Below, one piece after another: positions 49,496 to 60,218 of a stretch of 64,000 bases of DNA (position 1 is the first letter of the stretch; every line of letters begins with the position of its first letter). Where the stretch lies: NCBI GenBank assembly GCA_050298595.1, contig JBNKUM010000075.1, positions 1 through 64,000 on the forward strand, in the 5' to 3' direction. The DNA is from Gammaproteobacteria bacterium. Its GTDB lineage: Bacteria; Pseudomonadota; Gammaproteobacteria; GCA-001735895. The notes beneath the pieces were generated by a model. It saw only the letters and a program-made list of their open reading frames with translations. It did no database searches and was not told where the DNA came from. The position numbers were made by a program, and so were the translations under genes.

Positions 49496-51154
49496 ATGCA
49501 GAAAATCTGGTTAAATTCTTACCCTGAAGGAATCGCTCATGAAATAAACGTTGATGAGTATCAATCGGTTGCAGAAGTATTTGAGACGTCGGTAGAAAAA
49601 TATACTGATTTACCCGCCTTTAGTAATATGGGGAAAACACTCAGCTACTCGGAGATGGATCGTCTGACCCGTGACCTGGCTGCCTATCTACAATCTATTC
49701 CTGGGATGCAAAAAGGGGATCGAGTAGCGATAATGATGCCCAATATTCTGCAAAACCCTATAGCAATATTTGCCATACTGCGTGGAGGTTTTACGGTGGT
49801 TAATACCAATCCTCTGTATACAACTCGTGAGCTAAGGCATCAGCTTAAAGACTCTGGCGCAAAAGTTATTATCGTTGTCGATAACTTTTGTCACACTCTT
49901 GATGAAGTCATTAAAGATACCGATGTGCAGCAGGTGATTACAACACAATTGGGTGATTTGCTTAAATTCCCAAAATCACTGATTGTTAATCTGGTGGTGA
50001 AATACGTCAAAAAGATGGTGCCTGAATACTCGCTGCCAGGAAGGGTGACCTTTAAAAGAGCTTTGAAACTGGGTAGGAACAAACAGTTTACGAAGCCGAA
50101 GATTGGCCATGAAGATATCGCATTCCTGCAATATACCGGCGGCACCACCGGTCTGGCCAAAGGTGCGATTCTGACCAATCGGAATATGGTTGCGAATATG
50201 CAGCAGGCATCAGAATGGATAAACATCGCTGTTGAACCGAAGCAGGAGCTGATCGTAACCGCATTACCGCTTTATCATATCTTTTCACTCACAGCGAACT
50301 GCCTGACTTTTATGAAGTTTGGTGCGCATAACTATTTGATCACCAATCCTCGTGATATGGCAGGTTTTGTCAAAGAGTTAAGTGGTGTGAAGTTCAGTAT
50401 TATAACAGGGGTGAATACCCTGTTTAATGGATTGCTTAATACCCCTGGTTTTGCCGAGTTAGATTTTTCGTCACTCAAGCTAACACTAGGAGGAGGTATG
50501 GCGGTTCAACAGGCGGTTGCCGAGCATTGGCGACGCGTGACAGGTGCGCCATTACTGGAGGCCTATGGCTTAACAGAAACCTCACCTGCAGTGTGTATTA
50601 ACCCGTTAAATCTGCATGACTTTAATGGCAGTATTGGCTTGCCGGTACCCTCTACCGAGGTGTCGATACGTAGTGATGATGGTGAATTTATGCCTCAGGG
50701 TGAGGTCGGTGAATTGTGTGTCAGAGGGCCTCAGGTAATGCGAGGCTACTGGAATAAACCCGATGAAACTGCCTTTGTACTGGATGATCAGGGCTGGTTG
50801 AAAACCGGTGATATTGCAATGATGGATGAGAAAGGTTTTTTTCGTATCGTAGATCGTAAAAAAGATATGATTCTGGTGTCAGGTTTTAATGTTTATCCGA
50901 ATGAGGTTGAGTCTATTATTGCGGCGTGTCCCGGCGTGTTAGAGGTTGGCGTCATCGGTGTGTCAGATAACAATAGCGGTGAGGCAGTAAAGGCCGTTAT
51001 AGTGAAAAATGATGACAGCTTAACCGAAAAAGATGTCATTGATCATTGCCGGAAAAATCTGACTAACTATAAGGTGCCAAAGTTAATTGAGTTTCGTAAT
51101 GAGCTACCCAAAACAAATGTTGGCAAGATATTACGTCGCGAACTCAGGAAATAG
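49496..51154 (+). CDS. fadD: Long-chain fatty acid-CoA ligase
   Basis: QYTGGTTGLAKG, YGLTE, TGDIA, VSGFNVYPNE and PKTNVGKILRR motifs. Confidence 0.96.
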   Translation: MQKIWLNSYPEGIAHEINVDEYQSVAEVFETSVEKYTDLPAFSNMGKTLSYSEMDRLTRDLAAYLQSIPGMQKGDRVAIMMPNILQNPIAIFAILRGGFTVVNTNPLYTTRELRHQLKDSGAKVIIVVDNFCHTLDEVIKDTDVQQVITTQLGDLLKFPKSLIVNLVVKYVKKMVPEYSLPGRVTFKRALKLGRNKQFTKPKIGHEDIAFLQYTGGTTGLAKGAILTNRNMVANMQQASEWINIAVEPKQELIVTALPLYHIFSLTANCLTFMKFGAHNYLITNPRDMAGFVKELSGVKFSIITGVNTLFNGLLNTPGFAELDFSSLKLTLGGGMAVQQAVAEHWRRVTGAPLLEAYGLTETSPAVCINPLNLHDFNGSIGLPVPSTEVSIRSDDGEFMPQGEVGELCVRGPQVMRGYWNKPDETAFVLDDQGWLKTGDIAMMDEKGFFRIVDRKKDMILVSGFNVYPNEVESIIAACPGVLEVGVIGVSDNNSGEAVKAVIVKNDDSLTEKDVIDHCRKNLTNYKVPKLIEFRNELPKTNVGKILRRELRK

Positions 51155-51181
51155 TTAGTAAAGGTTTTCTATCAGAAGAGG

Positions 51182-52402
51182 CTACTCCTTAATGCTGTAG
51201 CCAGCATCGATGACCACCTGCTTCAGCAGCTTGCTATCTATCTGGCTATCGCAGTTTATAATGACATTGCCGCTGGCCAGATCAGGGGTGGCTTCTTCAA
51301 CACCATCAACTGCTTCGAGTGATTTTTTAACATTCGCCACACAGTGCTGGCAGGTCATGCCTTCGACATTTAATGTAATACCCATATCGTTCTCCTGATG
51401 TTTTTCAAGGTTAATTTGCTTTCTTTTTGATCGCTCTACATATAGCCAGATGGTCATAAATGCAAGCACTACCAGGCTAACTATGCCCACTAGATTGTTA
51501 CCGTGCTGATGCAGTTGGATAAGGACCTGCTGGGAGAAAAAGGCTTCAAAAAACAATGCAAACCCAATGCTCATAATAATCACAGTAGCCAGGTAAACCG
51601 CTAGCAGGCGAATGCCTAGTGTCCGATAAATAGCACCCATGGTGGCGATATTAGTGACGGGGCCAGCCATCAGAAATACCAGTGCAGTACCCAGTGGCAT
51701 GCCTGCCAGAACCAGTGATGCAGCAATGGGCACTGAGCCGGTAGCGCATACGTATAAAGGTATCGAAATGAGTAGCATCAGAAGCATGCCGCTGATACCC
51801 TGAGTCAGGGCCATATCGGAAAAATAATTTTCCGGAGTTAATGCGGTGATCAAAGCAGCCAGCAGTACGCCAATAAAAATCCATTTATCAATAGCGCCAT
51901 ACAGGTCGTACACCGTGTATTCCCAGAACTCATGCCAGGTTTTTGGCGTAGGCTCATAAACAGCGGAATAGTTTTCAACAATCTCAGACGGTTTATCAGC
52001 ATAATCGGCAATCATGCCGCCAATAATACCGGTTACAAAAGCGGTTAATACCTTGAAAATGGCGAACGGCCAGCCGAGGAAATTGGCACACACCAGTACC
52101 GAATCTAACCCGGTTTGTGGTGTGCTAATCAGAAATGCAGTGGTTGCACCATTTGATGCACCTTCCTTACGTAAGCCAAGGGCCGTGGGTACAACGCCGC
52201 AGGAACATAAAGGTAAGGGTACGCCAACTAGAACTGATTTGAATACACTGGATAAGCTACGTCGACTTAATGTGCGATGGATAAATCCAGCAGGGATTAG
52301 CAAATGAATTAAACCGGCCAGGATCAATCCGCCCAGCAAAGGTGGGCTCAGTTCCAGTAATATCTGCCATAATGAGAGAAAGTATTCATTAATCAGAGGC
52401 AC
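51182..52402 (-). CDS. DUF318/ArsP-type permease with C-terminal HMA domain (putative Cu/Zn efflux)
   Basis: PLPLCSCGV and PLYVCATGSVP motifs; HMA motif GMTCQHC. Confidence 0.88.
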   Translation of the reverse strand: MPLINEYFLSLWQILLELSPPLLGGLILAGLIHLLIPAGFIHRTLSRRSLSSVFKSVLVGVPLPLCSCGVVPTALGLRKEGASNGATTAFLISTPQTGLDSVLVCANFLGWPFAIFKVLTAFVTGIIGGMIADYADKPSEIVENYSAVYEPTPKTWHEFWEYTVYDLYGAIDKWIFIGVLLAALITALTPENYFSDMALTQGISGMLLMLLISIPLYVCATGSVPIAASLVLAGMPLGTALVFLMAGPVTNIATMGAIYRTLGIRLLAVYLATVIIMSIGFALFFEAFFSQQVLIQLHQHGNNLVGIVSLVVLAFMTIWLYVERSKRKQINLEKHQENDMGITLNVEGMTCQHCVANVKKSLEAVDGVEEATPDLASGNVIINCDSQIDSKLLKQVVIDAGYSIKE

Positions 52403-52414
52403 TATACATACCTG

Positions 52415-52672
52415 TTATTGTTGAACCCATTTGCCATGTTTCTGGTTCCAGATCTTAGTTTTCTCAGTTGAGATAAAATCGTTACCATCAATTTGGCCGT
52501 TATACATTATGGTATCGCCGAAATAGGCCCACATATGTCCATCATCGGTATCCAGAATCAGATAGTTTTTGCCATTCCAGTAAGCCTGGTAACGGCCTTC
52601 TTTTGCATCTGCTGTAGTGGTGATAAGTAAAAATGCACTGATAAATATTAAGGTAAGTAGTTTAAGTTTCAT
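52415..52672 (-). CDS. Small exported hypothetical protein
   Basis: Signal peptide ending ADA; SD gagg. Confidence 0.7.
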   Translation of the reverse strand: MKLKLLTLIFISAFLLITTTADAKEGRYQAYWNGKNYLILDTDDGHMWAYFGDTIMYNGQIDGNDFISTEKTKIWNQKHGKWVQQ

Positions 52673-52715
52673 CTTGATTTCCTCTTTAATAGAAATCCTA
52701 TTATAGATAGAGGGG

Positions 52716-53033
52716 TTAGTTATGGCCGCTAATTTTGGCGTGTAAAGGCCTGGTTTGTTGAAAAGTTCTCATCTGTTCCTCAGTGGCAGGGGTTTGATGG
52801 TCGCGCTTCCACTGTTCGATGGACATGCCATAAACCTTTTCCTGAGCCCCGGCATAATCCATTTCAAGACCCTGATTAAGTGCTTCGGCCAGATACCATT
52901 TTGCAAGGCAGTTGCGGCAAAAACCGGCCAGGTTCATCAAGTCTATATTTTGCACATCGGTGCGTTCCTGCAAATGTTTTACAAGGCCACGAAAAGCGGC
53001 GGCTTCAATTTCGATCTGTTGTTCTCTGGTCAT
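52716..53033 (-). CDS. DUF1244 family protein
   Basis: EAAAFR.LV.HL and DVQNIDLMNLAGFCRNCL motifs. Confidence 0.9.
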   Translation of the reverse strand: MTREQQIEIEAAAFRGLVKHLQERTDVQNIDLMNLAGFCRNCLAKWYLAEALNQGLEMDYAGAQEKVYGMSIEQWKRDHQTPATEEQMRTFQQTRPLHAKISGHN

Positions 53034-53048
53034 GATAAACTCCGCGTA

Positions 53049-55127
53049 ATGAACCTCTACCCTAACACAAATTCGATGCAGGATTTAACGCAAAATGAAA
53101 GGCTATTAAGCTGGTTTGATGCGCTAAAAAACAATCTGGAAGATTCGCATCAGCGCGCTTGTGTGATGCTACGTGGACCGAAAGAGTGGTCATTGGCGGT
53201 AATACAGTTATGTATCGGCAAAAGCCCGTTATTTTTGTCGAATGATAAAGCCATGCCGGGCGCGGTAAGTTTTTCCAGGGCAGAAAATCTACTGGGCCAG
53301 GAAGCTGATAGCCTGGTATACGACCTGTATGGTGGTATCAATAGTGATGTACTGTGTATGGCAGCAGGACTTATTCGAAGTGGTGGTATTCTGCTGCTGC
53401 TTTGTCCGCAGGAATTGAATCCAGGTGATGATGTTTATGGTCATTGGCAGGGAAACGCGGCACAGAGTCCAGTATTTTTTAACTACCTGATGGATCAATG
53501 GTCTACCTGTGAAAGCTATTTCTGCATTCAACCCACACAACCTTTACCCACAATAAAACCTTTTACAGTCTCTCCCGTGGTAGAAATTGAACAGGGTAAA
53601 ACTCGCGATCAGCAGGTATTAATTCAGCAGTTGCACAGTTGGTATGAAGATAAAGCAAAGCCTCTTTTTCTACTGACCGCAGATCGAGGTCGCGGTAAAA
53701 GTACTGCTCTCGGCATGTTTGCAAATAGTCTTAATAATCATTGTTGCGTTGTGATTACCGCAGCATCGCGTATGCAGGTTGAGATACTGTTGCAGCAGAT
53801 CAATGATAAGCCCTCGTTGACGTTCAGGGCTCCAGATGAAATTATCCGCCGACAGCAGACTATCGACGTGTTGATCATTGATGAAGCGGCTATGCTGCCA
53901 GCCAGTGTGTTACAGCAATGTATTGAGCTTGCGCAGAAGACTATTCTATCCACCACTACTGGTGGCTATGAAGGCACCGGGCAGGGCTTTATGTTGAAGT
54001 TTATCGCCGCATTTAATCCACAGCAGATGCAATCCATGCAGCTTTTGCAGGCGGTTCGCTGGGGTCAGAATGACTTGCTGGAACAGAGTATGAATAACGC
54101 ACTACTGCTGAAATCTAGTGAATTGAAGCCTTATGTGAAAGGCACAAAGATCAAAACCAGGCTGATTTCTAAAACAGAACTGGTCAAAGACCTGGCTTTA
54201 TTGCGCGAAATCTACCAATTACTGGTATCTGCGCACTATCGTACACGGCCATCTGACCTACGTCAGTTAATGGAGGATGAAAACCAGTTATTGTTGCTGG
54301 CACGCGATGAATTCGCAGTGCTTGGCGTTTTGCTGCTAAACCGTGAAGGCGGTTTTGAGCAGAACCTGAGCGAAGAAATATTCATGGGCAGGCGCAGACC
54401 ACAGGGACATTTGCTGGCACAGATGCTAACTGCTCAGGCAGGGATTAAGTATTTTTCCTGTTATCAGGGTTTTAGAGTACAACGCATTGCAGTTGAAAAG
54501 AATTTCAGGCGTAAAGGATTGGGACGAATGCTGATCCAGCACGCAAGAGACCTGGTGGACTTGCATCAAGTGGATTATCTGGGCAGTAGTTTTGCGCTGG
54601 ATCAGATTAATGCGGCTTTCTGGAAGTCCTGTGGATTTCAGCTGGTACACATCGCCTCTGGTAAAGGCAAATCCAGTGGGCGGCAAACAGTGGTGGTTTT
54701 GCAAAGTAGTTGTGCAGACGTCACTGCTGATATGCAAACACTGCAGAATAAAATTCAACGTGATCTTGCGTTATGGTTGCTAAGTTACTGTAATGAAATG
54801 TTCTGGCGCGATGTCATTGCGCTGTTATCGCTGGTTATTACTGAAAATCCACTTACCCATCAGGATGAAGATGAAATCCGAGCCTTTGCTTTTGGTTTTC
54901 ACGGTCTGGACTACAGCCTGCCCGCATTACAACGTTTACTAATCAGTCAATCAGGTAAATTATCCCAATTTGATCCAAATACCCGGCGCTTACTGGTAGA
55001 GAAAATATTACTCAACCGGAGCTGGGAAGCCGTTTTGGGGCATAGTGATTTTGCTGGCCGCAAACCCCTGCTACAAAACCTTCGACATAATATTAGTGAA
55101 TTATATGAACAGTCTTATGCATCCTGA
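53049..55127 (+). CDS. tmcA: tRNA(Met) cytidine acetyltransferase
   Basis: TADRGRGKS, IDEAA, TT.GYEGTG, AHYRT.PSDL, RRPQGHL and GNAT motif; start placed after the divergent DUF1244 gene. Confidence 0.92.
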   Translation: MNLYPNTNSMQDLTQNERLLSWFDALKNNLEDSHQRACVMLRGPKEWSLAVIQLCIGKSPLFLSNDKAMPGAVSFSRAENLLGQEADSLVYDLYGGINSDVLCMAAGLIRSGGILLLLCPQELNPGDDVYGHWQGNAAQSPVFFNYLMDQWSTCESYFCIQPTQPLPTIKPFTVSPVVEIEQGKTRDQQVLIQQLHSWYEDKAKPLFLLTADRGRGKSTALGMFANSLNNHCCVVITAASRMQVEILLQQINDKPSLTFRAPDEIIRRQQTIDVLIIDEAAMLPASVLQQCIELAQKTILSTTTGGYEGTGQGFMLKFIAAFNPQQMQSMQLLQAVRWGQNDLLEQSMNNALLLKSSELKPYVKGTKIKTRLISKTELVKDLALLREIYQLLVSAHYRTRPSDLRQLMEDENQLLLLARDEFAVLGVLLLNREGGFEQNLSEEIFMGRRRPQGHLLAQMLTAQAGIKYFSCYQGFRVQRIAVEKNFRRKGLGRMLIQHARDLVDLHQVDYLGSSFALDQINAAFWKSCGFQLVHIASGKGKSSGRQTVVVLQSSCADVTADMQTLQNKIQRDLALWLLSYCNEMFWRDVIALLSLVITENPLTHQDEDEIRAFAFGFHGLDYSLPALQRLLISQSGKLSQFDPNTRRLLVEKILLNRSWEAVLGHSDFAGRKPLLQNLRHNISELYEQSYAS

Positions 55128-56415
55128 ATTTAGAGGCGCCGATAATTGGGTTAATCAAGATAAAGATTATGTCTGGCACCCCTATTCAGCTATGGGTTCA
55201 GAACAGCCAGTGTTTCCCGTGCAATCTGCGAAAGGTGTGCGAATCAAGCTGCAGGATGGTCGTCAGTTGATCGATGGCATGTCATCCTGGTGGTGCGCCG
55301 TGCACGGATATAATCACCCCCGTTTGAATCGGGCGATCCAGGATCAGTTACAAACCATGGCACATGTGATGTTTGGCGGGTTAACGCATGAACCGGCGGT
55401 TACGTTGGCAAAAAAACTGGTTGAACTGACTCCAGCATCTTTGGCAACGGTATTCTTTGCGGACAGTGGTTCGGTCTCTGTAGAAGTCGCTATGAAAATG
55501 GCTATCCAGTACTGGAGTGCGAAAGGGCAAAAGAGTAAACAGAAATTTGTCAGTTTGCGTTCTGGGTATCATGGAGATACCTTCGCAGCGATGTCTGTAT
55601 GCGATCCAGAAACGGGAATGCATAGCCTTTTTTCCAGGGTATTGACAAAACAGTATTTCGTGCCACAACCATCCTCTCGATTTGCTCAGCCCTGTGATGA
55701 ATCGGAGCTGGAAGCTATGCGAGACACGCTGCAAAACCACCAGAAGGATATAGCAGCAGTCATCCTGGAGCCCATCGTTCAGGGTGCTGGTGGTATGTGG
55801 TTTTATTCGGCTGATTATCTGGAAGGAGTACGCAAGCTGTGCGATGAATATGAAGTGCTGCTGATAGCTGATGAAATTGCTACTGGTTTTGGTCGTACTG
55901 GAAAATTTTTTGCCTGTGAACATGCCGGAATATCACCGGATATTATGTGCGTCGGCAAGGCGCTTACCGGTGGCTATATGACATTGGCGGCAACGCTAAC
56001 AACTCGGGAAGTCAGTGAGGTCATCAGTAATTCTGACCCTGGTGTCTTCATGCATGGTCCCACATTTATGGCTAACCCCATGGCCTGTGCAGTGTCCAAT
56101 GCGAGTATAGATTTGTTGATGTCCTCTTACTGGAGCCAAAAGGTCAAAGCCGTGGAGCAGGGACTCAATGAAGGCCTACAGAAGTGTAGCGAGCTTACTT
56201 CAGTCAAAGAGGTGCGCGTGTTGGGTGCCATTGGTGTGGTTGAAATGCACAAGCCTGTCGATATGAAAACCATCCAGCCAGCATTTGTTCAAGAGGGAGT
56301 CTGGGTTAGACCATTCGGACGACTGGTATACCTGATGCCACCCTATATCATACAACCACAGGATCTGGCCAGGCTGACTGATGCTGTCTATAGCGTATTA
56401 AGTAAGCTCAATTAG
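55105..56415 (+). CDS. bioA: DAPA aminotransferase
   Basis: WHPY, DGMSSWW, DEIATGFGRTG, GKALTGG and HGPTFM motifs; start 55105 or 55117. Confidence 0.96.
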   Translation: MNSLMHPEFRGADNWVNQDKDYVWHPYSAMGSEQPVFPVQSAKGVRIKLQDGRQLIDGMSSWWCAVHGYNHPRLNRAIQDQLQTMAHVMFGGLTHEPAVTLAKKLVELTPASLATVFFADSGSVSVEVAMKMAIQYWSAKGQKSKQKFVSLRSGYHGDTFAAMSVCDPETGMHSLFSRVLTKQYFVPQPSSRFAQPCDESELEAMRDTLQNHQKDIAAVILEPIVQGAGGMWFYSADYLEGVRKLCDEYEVLLIADEIATGFGRTGKFFACEHAGISPDIMCVGKALTGGYMTLAATLTTREVSEVISNSDPGVFMHGPTFMANPMACAVSNASIDLLMSSYWSQKVKAVEQGLNEGLQKCSELTSVKEVRVLGAIGVVEMHKPVDMKTIQPAFVQEGVWVRPFGRLVYLMPPYIIQPQDLARLTDAVYSVLSKLN

Positions 56416-56435
56416 CAGGCATCTGGATCTACTTC

Positions 56436-56861
56436 TTGTCTTTGGCTTATCTCGGTCTTTTTTTATCAGCATTTCTATCAGCTACGTTGTTACCGGGCAG
56501 TTCGGAAATTTTGCTGGTCAGCTTAATGCAGCAGGATTTAAGTCAGGCTCTGCTATGGCTATGGGCAACCTCGGGCAATTCTCTGGGCTCAATAGTTAAC
56601 TGGGTACTGGGCAGGTACTTTTTGCATTTCCAGCATAGACGCTGGTTTCCGGTAAACGAGCAGGCGCTGGAAAAAGCCCAGCACTGGTTTCAACGCTATG
56701 GTATCTGGTCATTACTGCTATCATGGGCACCAGTGATTGGCGACCCTTTGACTCTGCTGGCAGGAGTGATGAAGGTCAGGCTGAGCCTGTTCATATTGCT
56801 GGTAGTTATCGCCAAAGGCGTACGTTATGCGCTATTGCTGGGTCTGGTGAATGGATTCTAG
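56436..56861 (+). CDS. yqaA: YqaA/DedA family membrane protein
   Basis: FLSATLLPGSSE and LLSWAPVIGDPL motifs. Confidence 0.9.
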   Translation: MSLAYLGLFLSAFLSATLLPGSSEILLVSLMQQDLSQALLWLWATSGNSLGSIVNWVLGRYFLHFQHRRWFPVNEQALEKAQHWFQRYGIWSLLLSWAPVIGDPLTLLAGVMKVRLSLFILLVVIAKGVRYALLLGLVNGF

Positions 56862-56967
56862 GTTGACACTCAACAAAATTGATCAAAGCTGCCCAGGAAA
56901 TCGAGATCGATGATATTATTTCTTTTACTCAGAGAGTAGCGCTCTTCTAATAAATCAGGTAGGCAGA

Positions 56968-57591
56968 ATGACCGATAAACTTTTCAGGGGATATCAACGT
57001 TTTCGAGAAGGATATTTTGAAAAGAATAAAGACCGGCTAGAGCAGCTCGCGCTAAGTCAGGCGCCTGAGATCGCCATGGTCTCCTGCTGTGATTCGCGGG
57101 TAGATCCTGGCATTTTGTTTGATGTTGATCCCGGTGAAATCTTTGTTATTCGCAATGTGGCAAATCTGGTGCCGCCCTATGAAACTACCGGTAACTATCA
57201 TGGAACCAGTGCTGCGCTGGAATTTGCAGTGACCTGTCTACATGTAAAACAGATTGTAGTGTTAGGGCATGCGAACTGCGGTGGTATCAGAGCTTTAATG
57301 GAACATGAAACCTCATTTCAGGCAAAAGGCTTTATCGATAGCTGGATGAACCTGGCTGCTCCAGCAAAAGAAGAAGTGCTGGCTCGCGAAGATTTGCATG
57401 ATATGCAGCAAAAAATTACCGCCTGCGAAAAAACTGCAGTCAGTCATTCATTGCAGAATTTAATGCTGTACCCCTGGATAAAACAAAGAGTTGAAGCAGG
57501 TCAACTGGAATTACTCGGATGCTTTTACGATTTACGTAATGGTGACCTGCTGATTCTGGATAAAAAAGGCTCAGGCCCTGAGCCCGAATAA
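56968..57591 (+). CDS. Beta-class carbonic anhydrase
   Basis: CCDSRV, RNVAN and GHANCGG zinc-ligand motifs. Confidence 0.95.
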   Translation: MTDKLFRGYQRFREGYFEKNKDRLEQLALSQAPEIAMVSCCDSRVDPGILFDVDPGEIFVIRNVANLVPPYETTGNYHGTSAALEFAVTCLHVKQIVVLGHANCGGIRALMEHETSFQAKGFIDSWMNLAAPAKEEVLAREDLHDMQQKITACEKTAVSHSLQNLMLYPWIKQRVEAGQLELLGCFYDLRNGDLLILDKKGSGPEPE

Positions 57592-57674
57592 ATAATTTAA
57601 CTTATAGCGCCGCTATAGCTTTTCAGGCCTCAACAAGCTTCTCCTGACTGAGAAGCCTGTTACCTGAATATGTG

Positions 57675-57776
57675 TTATGACATGATCAATCCACCACAGA
57701 CATTCACCGATTGATCGGTAATGTATGTAGCGTCTTCACTGGCCAGAAAAGCGACAAGCCCGGCAACATCGGCTCC
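57675..57776 (-). pseudogene. C-terminal fragment of a short-chain dehydrogenase/reductase
   Basis: Minus strand reads GADVAGLVAFLASEDATYITDQSVNVCGGLIMS*; no SDR N-terminus upstream. Confidence 0.75.
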
Positions 57777-58218
57777 GTTCCAGCTCGTTTCACGGGAAGA
57801 TTCTATCAATGGCCAAATAGCAGCTTACTTTGCTGGTAGGGGCATGGTCGCTGTAATCCAGGCAGCCAGTGCTGAGAAGAATAAATTTTTTATCGGTAAT
57901 CATGTGCACGAATAGCTCTTGCATAATCTGAAATATTAGCAATCTGAGTAAAAGTGATGAGGCTTGTGCTTTCGTACGGAGTAAATATTGTGAGGGCAGA
58001 TATATGTGGCTGGTGTGGCATATTACGATATGCTTATTTAGGTAATGTTGGTACAATTCCGCACCGCAGAGCTTAGAGCCAGTCGAGTGTAAAGCTGTTT
58101 TCCTGCGAAGCTTTTAGTAATATTTAATGCTCAGTCATCCTGATTTTCGATTTTCACGATGCAAAATGTAATACAGTTTGTGTAGCGCAACCAATCAAGT
58201 TTGGAGTTCACGAGATAT

Positions 58219-59322
58219 ATGGCAATCAGCAGCCCTAAAGAAATAATTGAAGATATTCGCCAAGGTAAGATGGTCATTCTCATGGATGACGAAGATCGCG
58301 AAAACGAAGGCGATATCCTGATCGCAGCGGATAAAATAACTCCCGAGGCCATCAACTTTATGGCTACCCATGGTCGTGGTTTGATCTGTCTGACGTTAAC
58401 GGCTGAACGTTGCCAGCAGCTAAACCTGCCATTGATGGTTAGTAAAAATACAGAGAGCTTCGAAACTAACTTTACAGTGTCTATAGAAGCAGCAAAGGGT
58501 ATCCTGACAGGTATCTCAGCGAAGGACCGTTGTCGTACCATACAGGCTGCCGTTGCAGCAGATGCAATGCCAGAAGATATCGTGATGCCGGGACATATCT
58601 TCCCTATCATGGCTCGCCCCGGTGGTGTACTGACCAGAGCAGGGCATACTGAAGCAGGTTGTGACATAGCCCGCATGGCCGGATTGACGCCTGCTAGTGT
58701 AATCGTAGAAATTTTAAACGATGATGGCACTATGGCACGCAGACCCCAACTGGAGATCTTTGCTGAAGAACATGGCATAAAGCTCGGCACCATCGCTGAT
58801 CTTATTGCTTACCGATATGCCAATGAAAAGACCATAAAGAGAGTGGATGAATCACCAATACAGACTCCTTTCGGTGAATTCAAGGTTGTTATTTTTGAAG
58901 ATTTAATCGATGGCGATATGCATTTCGCACTTATCAAAGGCGACATTGATCCGGATGAAGCAACTCTGGTGCGTGTAGTACATACTCAAAATGCACTGGT
59001 CGATTTATTACAATCTGGTGATAAGACATGGACCCTGCCGAATGCTATGCAAAAGATCGCGGATGAAGGTGGCGTGCTAGTTATACTGGCCAGTCAGGAA
59101 ACCAATCAATCGGTGCTGTATAAAATCCACAAACTCTGTTCAAGAGAGGTTGCGCCAGCAAATACACCAACTCCAGATCAGTTCAATCAGGTCGGTGCCG
59201 GTTCACAAATTCTTTCTGATCTGGGTATCTCAAAGATGCGTCTGTTGACATCCACCTCTCAGCGTTATCATGCCCTGTCCGGTTTTGGTCTTGAGGTGGT
59301 TGAATATATCTGCGAACACTGA
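58219..59322 (+). CDS. ribB: DHBP synthase fused to a degenerate GTP cyclohydrolase II domain (RibBX-type)
   Basis: [22 protein letters not shown] and GHTE motifs; C-terminal domain lacks the Zn-binding Cys cluster. Confidence 0.9.
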   Translation: MAISSPKEIIEDIRQGKMVILMDDEDRENEGDILIAADKITPEAINFMATHGRGLICLTLTAERCQQLNLPLMVSKNTESFETNFTVSIEAAKGILTGISAKDRCRTIQAAVAADAMPEDIVMPGHIFPIMARPGGVLTRAGHTEAGCDIARMAGLTPASVIVEILNDDGTMARRPQLEIFAEEHGIKLGTIADLIAYRYANEKTIKRVDESPIQTPFGEFKVVIFEDLIDGDMHFALIKGDIDPDEATLVRVVHTQNALVDLLQSGDKTWTLPNAMQKIADEGGVLVILASQETNQSVLYKIHKLCSREVAPANTPTPDQFNQVGAGSQILSDLGISKMRLLTSTSQRYHALSGFGLEVVEYICEH

Positions 59323-59338
59323 CATATTCTAACTCAGC

Positions 59339-59650
59339 ATGGCAAACCAGAATGGCTTACGCTTACTGACCAGGATAGCGACGCTCTATTACACCGAAGG
59401 GATGAAACAGACTGAAATTGCGAGAGTATTAAACCTCTCTCAATCTCAGGTCTCGCGATCGTTAAATCGTTGTGTTAAGGAAGAAGACCCTGTTATTTCG
59501 ATGACATTGGCACAATTAAAAGCCTGTACACGCGTGGTTGCACTCGCTGGAAGTATGCAAAAAGTACCAGCTATCTGGGCCGCACTGAAGGGAGGTCTCA
59601 TTGATGTGCTGATTACTGATAGAATCACAGCTGTGGAGTTAGCCCAGTAG
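59339..59650 (+). pseudogene. SorC/DeoR-type sugar-binding regulator with large in-frame deletion
   Basis: HTH (IATLYY..GMKQ.EIA..L.LS...VSR) joined directly to the C-terminal tail (K..AI.AAL.GG.IDVLITD); 103 aa versus roughly 310 typical. Confidence 0.8.
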
Positions 59651-59725
59651 CCTGCTGGTGATCTACGGGTTGTCAATTTAGCCTTTTAACTTCAAACTTA
59701 TAATACTTTTATCGGATACCATTTT

Positions 59726-60136
59726 ATGACAAAGAATTTACTACTCATACTGATATTTTTTTTTAGTGCACAGGTCCTTGCAGTCGAGTTTCCCATTGAG
59801 ATATCAGAATACATTGATGATGTTAAAATTGATGCCTATATCAATAAAGAAGACTTGAAAAAAACCAGTCAATGGACACCCTTCGAATCATCTCCTCCAC
59901 TTACTATCAACCAGGCCTTAACAGCGATATTGAATGATGAAAAGTCTGAAATTGATTTTACTAATTCACGTGTTATTGGTATTGAATTAAAACCGGTTCC
60001 TCATCACAAATCATACTGGCACTACCTGGTTAAGATAAAAACTATTTCAGAAGAGGGTTCTGAGCCCAGTTTTTTCATAGTGCTGATGGATGGCAAAGTA
60101 ATAACGGCAATAAAAGAGCCTGAGTCAATAAAATAA
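59726..60136 (+). CDS. Exported hypothetical protein
   Basis: Signal peptide; AT-rich; 136 aa. Confidence 0.7.
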   Translation: MTKNLLLILIFFFSAQVLAVEFPIEISEYIDDVKIDAYINKEDLKKTSQWTPFESSPPLTINQALTAILNDEKSEIDFTNSRVIGIELKPVPHHKSYWHYLVKIKTISEEGSEPSFFIVLMDGKVITAIKEPESIK

Positions 60137-60218
60137 TAAATAATTAACTCCAGGAGCCTGAATACAGTGTAGCCACTATTCGATTCCCAACCGGTCTGCT
60201 TTAGTTACGGCTCAGAGA

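Noticed and set aside
52755-53048. N-terminal 98-aa extension of TmcA
   Set aside because: Overlaps the DUF1244 gene on the opposite strand; an ORF-calling artefact.
57721-58056. Short ORFs between the carbonic anhydrase gene and ribB; possible FMN riboswitch
   Set aside because: One ORF is antisense to the SDR relic, the other has no motif; no RFN consensus seen.
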